From: Chrysomallon squamiferum
Lineage: Eukaryota > Animalia > Mollusca
Reading direction: 5' to 3'
Length of the DNA: 64,000 nucleotides
NCBI GenBank assembly: GCA_012295275.1
Contig: CM022677.1
Location: 7,378,001 to 7,442,000 of the forward strand
The notes under the pieces are model-generated. The model ran no database searches. It was not told the origin of the DNA and worked only from the letters and a program-made list of their open reading frames with translations. Position numbers and translations under genes: made by a program. Of this stretch, positions 56,150 to 64,000 are shown one piece after another. Position 1 is the stretch's first letter. Each line of letters begins with the position of its first letter.

Positions 56150-58221
56150 CTAAAAAAAAATATATATATATTTTTAAATTAATTTATAATTATTCTCAAT
56201 TATAATTTGGGTATATACAGTTATTTTTTACTTTTTTTTAATTCATTCTGACAGTAAGTAAATGAGTAATGTTTCATTATAAGTTTAAATTGTATTAAAA
56301 TCAATGAAGAACAGCAAACTCGTGATATTTTACAATTGAAAAATAACAAACCTGTACTGTTTCATTTATGCGATTGAACTGCATTAAAAAAACAGCGAAG
56401 AACGGCAAACACACTTTGAACTGAATAATGACAAACTTATAATATTTCATTATGTTTCCAGCTACACTGTACTGTTTCATTACATGTTTAAATTGCATTA
56501 AAAACAGTGAAGAACAGCAAACTCATATTATATATTATTTCACATCTGTCTAAAACTACTGACCTGATGACATTAATCTGCAGTTATTATGTAATTCCAC
56601 ATGTAATTTTGTCTCAGTATTGCATACACACAAACACATGGACACACAGACATAAACAGGGGGGGGGGGAAATCAATCTACTGGACCATACTTACCTTTA
56701 ACAGCAAACCTGCCATGACAACAATTACTACTGACAGCTACATCTACCAACAGACAGAAATAAGGTCACAGTTACCTGAGTGTGGCCTCTGACAGAACTG
56801 CAGACACACAACAAAATGTACACAGTGATACAACTCAAGTCATTAGCATGCAGCTACTGCAGTGTCCATCACCATAGAAACTCCAGCCAGTTCTGATACC
56901 TCGCAAAACATACAAATTTTCAGCAACCACGTGAAACACAATCAAAACTGCACTTTACTTATCAACATGTTAGAATCAGCTGCCATTAAACACAAAACTA
57001 AAACCAAAAACTGCATTAACAAAAATAGACAACAATTTAATAACAAACAAAATCATTGAAATTGTTAGAGCCAAGTTCGGATGACACATACAGAAGATAA
57101 TCACATCTTGTAAAAACTTTTACCAAGCATCACACTGCCTGACAGTCTCGTGCTAGAATAAAACATACAACACTTGAAATACAGACAAAAACATACACAT
57201 ACTAAAATACTGTGTTAAAATCCACTCTTGGTAATAAATATTTCATGAGAGCCAAACTTTAATTCAAACAAATAAATAGATACAAATGTTTGATTAAAAA
57301 TTCAAAAACATAACATAAACACAGAAGTCAAAAAAAAAAAAAAATTGCATACACAATAACTAACAAAACAAAAAGCAATATACCACTAGAAAAACAATTG
57401 TATCAATTATTTAATTAACAGATTAACTGACTCACCAACTGATAGATTTGCTGACACACAGTTTCAGAACATATTTTAAAAGTTCAACATTTTCTTGACA
57501 GAAGGAAGTAAACTGGTTCTTTGGCTGGTTTGGACAAAATTAGATGTGAACTTTCTGAAAATGCTGCTGAAATTGAACTATTCTTTCTCTGTCTTCACAT
57601 AAAAAGAAGACAATTATTTCTTTAAAAAATTAAAATTAAAATGAAAACAAGCAGTCTGTTTTTAAAATAACAAAAAAAACAATAAAAGATAGCAAATATA
57701 AAATTCAAGTTAATCTATAAATTAATACAATAAATTATAATTATAATTTACTGCTTTAAATATGTTTGCTGCAGAAAAAGATTTCAATAAAAATCCCATA
57801 CAAGTTCTGTTACAAAAATTACACATTATTCAAATTGCTTTGAATTAATTGCATTTAGCAGTCTGTTGAAATCTCCTCCAAAGAGAAGATAGTCTCACAT
57901 GCAGATAGTATTTTCAAATTACTCCCTATTTGAAATAACTGTCCTAATTCAGATGACAAAATTTATTTTTTATAAAAACCATTTTAATGAGTCTTGTTTA
58001 TCCAGAAAAAAATATATTACAACTGATTTAACACTTAAATTTTTTTTATTTCCATAGTTAATTCTGTCACAGTCTGTAACATGAATAAATAATATTATTC
58101 AGAAGAACTTACTTTTTTTCTTCTTCTTCTTATGAATATCTATTACCGACATTTTCAACTTGAGAAAAAAATATCATACTGTCTTTCAAGCCGATCATTA
58201 TGCTCGTTATGTCAGTAAGCA

Positions 58222-58534
58222 CAAGGCTCGAAATTTAAAAAGAAACAAAACAGTATGGTTTAGTCGCCTAAAAAGTATTTTTTGGATCATCTCTTTTTTT
58301 TCTATAAGTTATAACATAAGAGCCACTATTAATAATTTTACATCAAATATTGATTTCACATAAAAGGTTTGCTCATAGTTCGATAATTTAAAAGTATCGG
58401 CTTACCTTAATTAGTCAACATCTAAAATGAATTACGAAAATTCTTTATTAATTAAAATCGCCACAAACATTTAGTCCTAGTTATACAAATCAGCTGGTAA
58501 TACATTTTCAAACAAACCTTGACAAAAATTGAAT

Positions 58535-58583
<49 letters not shown>

Positions 58584-59160
58584 TTATAGTATTATACGCT
58601 TGGATTTTTCAAAAGAAATAAAAATTAAAGCAAAGCAACGTGAAATGACAGTGAGTAAAGTTTAGCTTGTGAAAACGAAAAACAATAGCAAATACAAGGT
58701 TATAGAGTTATCTTCCATGATAACTTGTTCCGTTAACCAACCGATAATTATTAACGTAACGCTCTAAAAGTTTGCTAAATTTGTTCGTTGGCTTCACTTT
58801 AGCCATTTAAAGGTGGAATTTGTTAGGAAAAATAATAGCAATTAGTTTCAGAGTTATCTCCTATGATAATTTATTCCGTTAATCAACCGATAATCCTTTA
58901 ACGTACTGTTTATAAATTGATGTTAGCAAATTATGTAAGCCGATACGTCCAACATATGGAACTATGGGAAATCGTTTTATGTGAAATAAATATTTCGATA
59001 AAATGATTATAAAATTATTATCTTGTGTTATAACTTTTAGATAAAACAGGTCACCAAAATAAAAAATGTTGGGGCGACTAACCATAATATTTCTAATATC
59101 CCAGTCGCCTAAATGGTTTGGACGCATTTGGTGACCTGGCGACTGGCCATTTCGTCCCTG
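58222..59160. mobile_element. Non-autonomous hAT-type element (degenerate TIRs)
   Basis: Left end CAAGGCTCGAAAT; right end reverse complement CAGGGACGAAATGGCCAGTCGCC. AGTCGCC subterminal motifs at both ends. Internal ~150-bp duplication (58700/58850). No clean 8-bp TSD. Confidence 0.6.
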
Positions 59161-60335
59161 CATAATTATCTCTCATATTAATAAATCTGTTTGTAATATA
59201 AATTGTTATTTCACTAATTGCATCTCAGAAAAATGTCCACAGATCTTTGATTCAAAAGATATAGTGACTACTGAGCTACCACATGTAACATCTACTGTAA
59301 CATTTTCAGATACCCAGTCTGATGATCTTCCAGACGACATAGGACACAGACACCTCTGTCATAGCCGTAACCCAGCATTAAAATATCCTAACTATCTCCC
59401 CGATATGATAATTAGTTGTATTAACCATAAGTGAGAATGTTGATCCAGATATCACTTCTCCCCTTCCATTTACTTGTGGTCCTTTTATTGAGACAGAGCA
59501 GGATGTGAATCTGACACCTGATGCAGAAGAGATGCTGTATTATTAATTTTGTTCTTCTTTTTTTTAATTTGTTTGTATATGTTATTATCTTTGCAAACAA
59601 TAAATATTTTGAGCTGATATTATTCTATTGTAAAAATATAGTTTAAGCGCATTTTAGGTATTTTCTCAGAACAGAATGTTAAAAGTCGAGTTAAACAGAC
59701 AGAGTAGTAATTTTACATCTCTATAATTAATTCTGAATAGAAGGTGTGGCTGGGATTTGATCTCTAAGCCTGTTAGTTCAATATTTGGATGATAGCACTC
59801 ACTGTTAAAATATATATTTGTTTCCGTTACTATTAATTAATGAATGATTGTAAAAAGTGAGGAAATGTATGAATTTATGTACTGTCTGAGGCAAAAGCCA
59901 GAATGTTACTGGGTCTTTTTTTAATTTTTCTTTTTGTCCTCATGTTTCTGTTTCACTTATACATGTGTTTTTTCTCTTTGATCATCTTCCTCCTCCATTT
60001 GTGTGTTTTCTCTTTTTTTTTTTTTTTTTTTGGTTTTTTGCCATCAGTTTATTTTTCCTAGGATTATTAGTATTAATATTAATAATAATATTATATTGTT
60101 GTTGTTGTTGTTGTAAACACTCGTGTGAAAACAACTGTGATTTCTTCAAGTGAGGATAATGTAAATTCTCTTAACCCACTTGATCACTGACTGTAAATCA
60201 TAAAATAAAAGACCTGAATTGATATAAGGAGCATGTTTTTATTAGTCTGCGTATATTTCAATAAACATATTCAGGCATTTTATTTACACATTCATATTCA
60301 CAAAATAAATTTAGATAGTACAATTTTACATTTTT

Positions 60336-60374
<39 letters not shown>

Positions 60375-61254
60375 ATCACATGCAGAAAATTATAATATAT
60401 ATTTCATGTTCTGCAGAGTTTACAAAATAGAACCTTTAATTAAAAGGTTAGTATGTGTCAACATAGTAGCAAATTAAACGTTTAAGACAAACATATTCAG
60501 ATATAATCAACTATATTTTGATATAATTAAATATATTTTGATATACTTAAGTATATTTTGATATGATTAAATATATTTTAATATGTTTACTGAAAAATCA
60601 TTAACTGTAGTCTTTAATATTAAGTTATTTTATTATTAATAATAAGACTATACAGAAACGCGTTAAGTGCTAGATGAATACTGTATTTACTATTGTATTG
60701 AATTTACTGAAAATTAACTGTGCACCTTTCAGTGTCACAATGTGATACTTTGTTTTATGACAGCAGTAACATGACATTCCGCGACACAATTTACATCTCT
60801 CCCTACATGAAATTACATGATTAACCTAAAATTCTAATTTATCAAATTATGTAATTAAGTATATATCATCAAAAAAATTTAAACTCTTAGAAAAGTAAGT
60901 TAATAATCTAGAATGAAATCCATATTTATTCAATAATATAACCTATAATCTCTAATGAATATAATTTTAAAATGCCATATAAATAATACAGACGTGTATC
61001 GATTTTGTTATCGATTGGGTAACATTATTAGTGTTAACACCGATGTACTTTAGTTAAATGTGGTTTTACAAAAGTTCACGATTTCCCATGTAATTTATAT
61101 TATAAATAAATCAATTTATTATTATTATTATCATTATTATCTACTTTAAAAAATAAAAATGAAGTATTTAGTTTTTATCTCGACAGAAACAATACACTAA
61201 GAATAAATCTGATTTCTCTGATAACTTTACGAGGCCTAATAAAAAATTCGCACT

Positions 61255-62945
61255 CAGAACAGTTCTAATGAAACTAAGAGAATAGCGTCAAACATATATA
61301 GGAAGCTTCCGTTTTTACAGAAAAATAAAAACAAAATAAAGAATAAAAATATTAAGGAGTTATTTACGGTTGTTGTTGTTATTTAGCTATTGACAAAGAG
61401 AGGATTTTGACAAATATGGTGTTAAACATATAGAGGAAGCTTCCGTTTTTACAGAAAAATAAAAACAAAATAAAAAATAAAAATATTCAAAGTGTTATTA
61501 TTGTTGTTGTTGTTGTTATTTAGCTGTTGACAAAGGCAGGACTTGTGACAGATTAGGTGTCTGCTTCACTGACTCATTGATACTTACTGGTGGAGTGGTT
61601 ATTTTAATATCTAATAATAATAAGCTATAATAAGAAATGTAAAATATATTACACTATACAACTTGCGCTGATGTACACCTTGTAATGAATGTAATGAAAA
61701 AAAATTAAATTTCGCATAATAAAATAATATGTTCACCTTCTTTTTCTCAGCTAATCAGTACACACTGTCGTGATTCCAGGGAATTAACTCTGATATTTTT
61801 CAGTATAACCTGATATAAATATACGATAATTAATAAAATATGAGATTAACATTTCTCAACATAATTAACCTTCAAACTGTAAATATCACTGCTCATAATT
61901 AATTTTCATCTTTTTTTTTTTATAAGTAATTAAACCGCTTATTTTCATAACGCCATGTAGAATTATCATTTATAACTGTCAGTAATATCTAATAGATTAA
62001 CTATTGTTATCAATATTTAAGTTCCACGTACAGTAAAATTACACCTTTCTATTATATGACTTCGAATTAGCAAAGTAAAATTTCACGTTACTTTTACTAA
62101 AACTGACACTTCAAAGCGGTATCTGAAGTTAGTTCACAATGTTCTCGATATATTTTTGACGTCACATACAAAGCTACTATTATTTTAAAAAATTACAAGA
62201 CGGAAGTTCCATCTATATTTCTGAATGTTCACAGTGAAATCATACCTGTAATTGTCAGTGTTTTGTCGTATAACTAACTGAATATCATCTCATTCAAGAA
62301 GGATAGCTGAGAAATTTAGAAATAAAGAGGCCTTCCAAATTCCTATGCTCTGTTATAACAAAATCAGGATTTGTTTTTAGTTGCACCTCAAATGATAATT
62401 AAATATTGATTTTCTTTTTGTAGACAGGTGTGTATTGAAAAGCTGGGGTTTCTCTGTTAAATATTAGCAAATAATTTATTATATATGAAGTGATATTCAT
62501 CTTGATATTTCTAGTTGAGAAGTACAGTGAATATTCAGGAATAAAATATCGCAACCAGATAAAAATGTTATTTCATTAACAACTGTGATATTAATGTGAT
62601 ATTTCTCAACGTAATTTATGTTGTGTTTACTACATCAGGTCAGAATAATTATTTACTCAGCAAAAGTAACGTAGTGTTTTAGTTAAGACAATGTTATTAT
62701 TTTTTTAAAGACATATCTAAAATAAATATTAAAAACTCTCAGTTGAAGTCTGTCAAATTTGCTTAATAAATGGACGTTTTATTTGATTAATCTGAAATTC
62801 ATCAACATTTTGAGGTTTATTAAACTACTTTTATTAGGATGTCACCGCTACTCTCGAACTATGAATGTTCTGAGTATCACAATGTAACGAAAATCCCGTG
62901 TAAACTACTTCATAAAGAGTGCACTCGTTATTAAAATTTATTTTT
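61255..62945. repeat. Diverged inverted-repeat arm B (partner 29690-31000)
   Basis: See arm A. Contains an internal ~130-bp duplication (61288/61424) and extra sequence at ~61960-62450. Confidence 0.92.
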
Positions 62946-63603
62946 ATAACTCAGTGGTAAAATGAACAGTGTAAATAGCCTTATCCTTAAGTAAAACTGA
63001 CAGCTTATTTTTACTTGTTTATAATTATGTAATGTTTATATATTTTATATGTGAAAATAGCGGTATCCTTAATTAAAAATATCACCTTATTTTTACTTAT
63101 TTATAATTATGTGATGTTATATGATTGTAAACTGCGCTCGTTTTACAAAATAAACGTGATAACTGTATACATACTGGAATATCATTTAAGTTTTCTTCTG
63201 TTTTTCATAAATAATAATAATAATAATAATAATAAATTAAAAATTAAAATAAGCTGAAAGTAAGCTCTGTATTTCCCAAATTACAGGTATTCTCTATAAT
63301 GGATGTTTTTACTTGAAATTATCATTTTAATCTTTAGTGTAATATAATTTATGACGTTAATGTTGCGCCTTCTCACGTTATCTCATTTTGGCAAATGGTG
63401 AGGATATAGAGAAATGTTCTAGCTATCCGTCAAATCATCTCTGATTCCTTTCCCTGCATCCAACATGTCCGTCAGTTTACAGCTAAATGTAATTCATCCT
63501 GGTCTCTGTATCTGTGTGTGTCTCTGTGTCTGATGAACATCAGTCTTAACTTTCAGCACCTTCTTTTCAATGATCAATTTCCCCGTCCACCCAGTAATGA
63601 GAT

Positions 63604-63946
63604 GTACACCAAGACGTTAAGAACAATGCTGGAACGACGGCAATGACGGCCTCATTAATAGAAAGAGTAATGATCTTTTTTAACGTAGGATATGGACACG
63701 AATTGCAATAGTTAATAAACAGCAAAAAAAAAAAAAAAAAAAAGGTGAAATACACCGAGAATGCTGAGAACAACGCCGTTACGACGGTAGTGACGGCGAC
63801 ATTAATAGAAATATTAATGATGTATTTTAATAAAGGACGGGCACGGTCGGAAAATAAGAATAACAGCGAATAAAAAACGAAAAGGAATAATAAGCAGTAC
63901 ACCAACAACGTTATGAACAACGCCGGCACGACGGTAGCGACGGACA
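63604..63946 (+). repeat. Dispersed repeat, three ~148-bp subunit cores
   Basis: GAACAA.GC.G..ACGACGG.A..GACGG cores at ~63620, ~63768 and ~63915. Confidence 0.88.
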
Positions 63947-64000
63947 CATAGTGATTCGCACGCTCAGAAAGTATGAGAAATGATTAAAAAAAAAAAGTGC

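Overview
This is AT-rich, microsatellite-laden eukaryotic DNA with GT-AG introns. The repeat motifs and TRIM type suggest an invertebrate, probably a mollusc (inference). Only one gene looks intact: a two-coding-exon RING + coiled-coil + six-bladed NHL-like beta-propeller E3 ligase (TRIM-like, apparently with no B-box) at 48529-50426 (+). Its whole upstream/leader region is tandemly duplicated (about 31.7-39.15 kb and 39.4-48.4 kb) and carries a multi-copy ~250-bp conserved element. Around it lies a mosaic of broken, mostly intron-containing host-gene pieces. These are a head-to-tail multiplied internal fragment of CAMSAP/patronin (15.8-24.1 kb, -), a four-exon partial MCC gene with a frameshift and early stop (53.9-56.1 kb, -), a frameshifted thrombospondin type-1 repeat fragment (51.4-51.8 kb, -) and several unidentified decayed exons. 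The window also holds an 8.4-kb 75-bp satellite with higher-order structure, a 2.3-kb palindromic-core minisatellite, two decayed hAT transposases, several MITE ends and a diverged inverted repeat pair 30 kb apart. Nearly all long ORFs in the supplied track are repeat artefacts. I found no prokaryotic system, CRISPR array or RNA gene. Protein family calls rest on recalled motifs, not on database searches.
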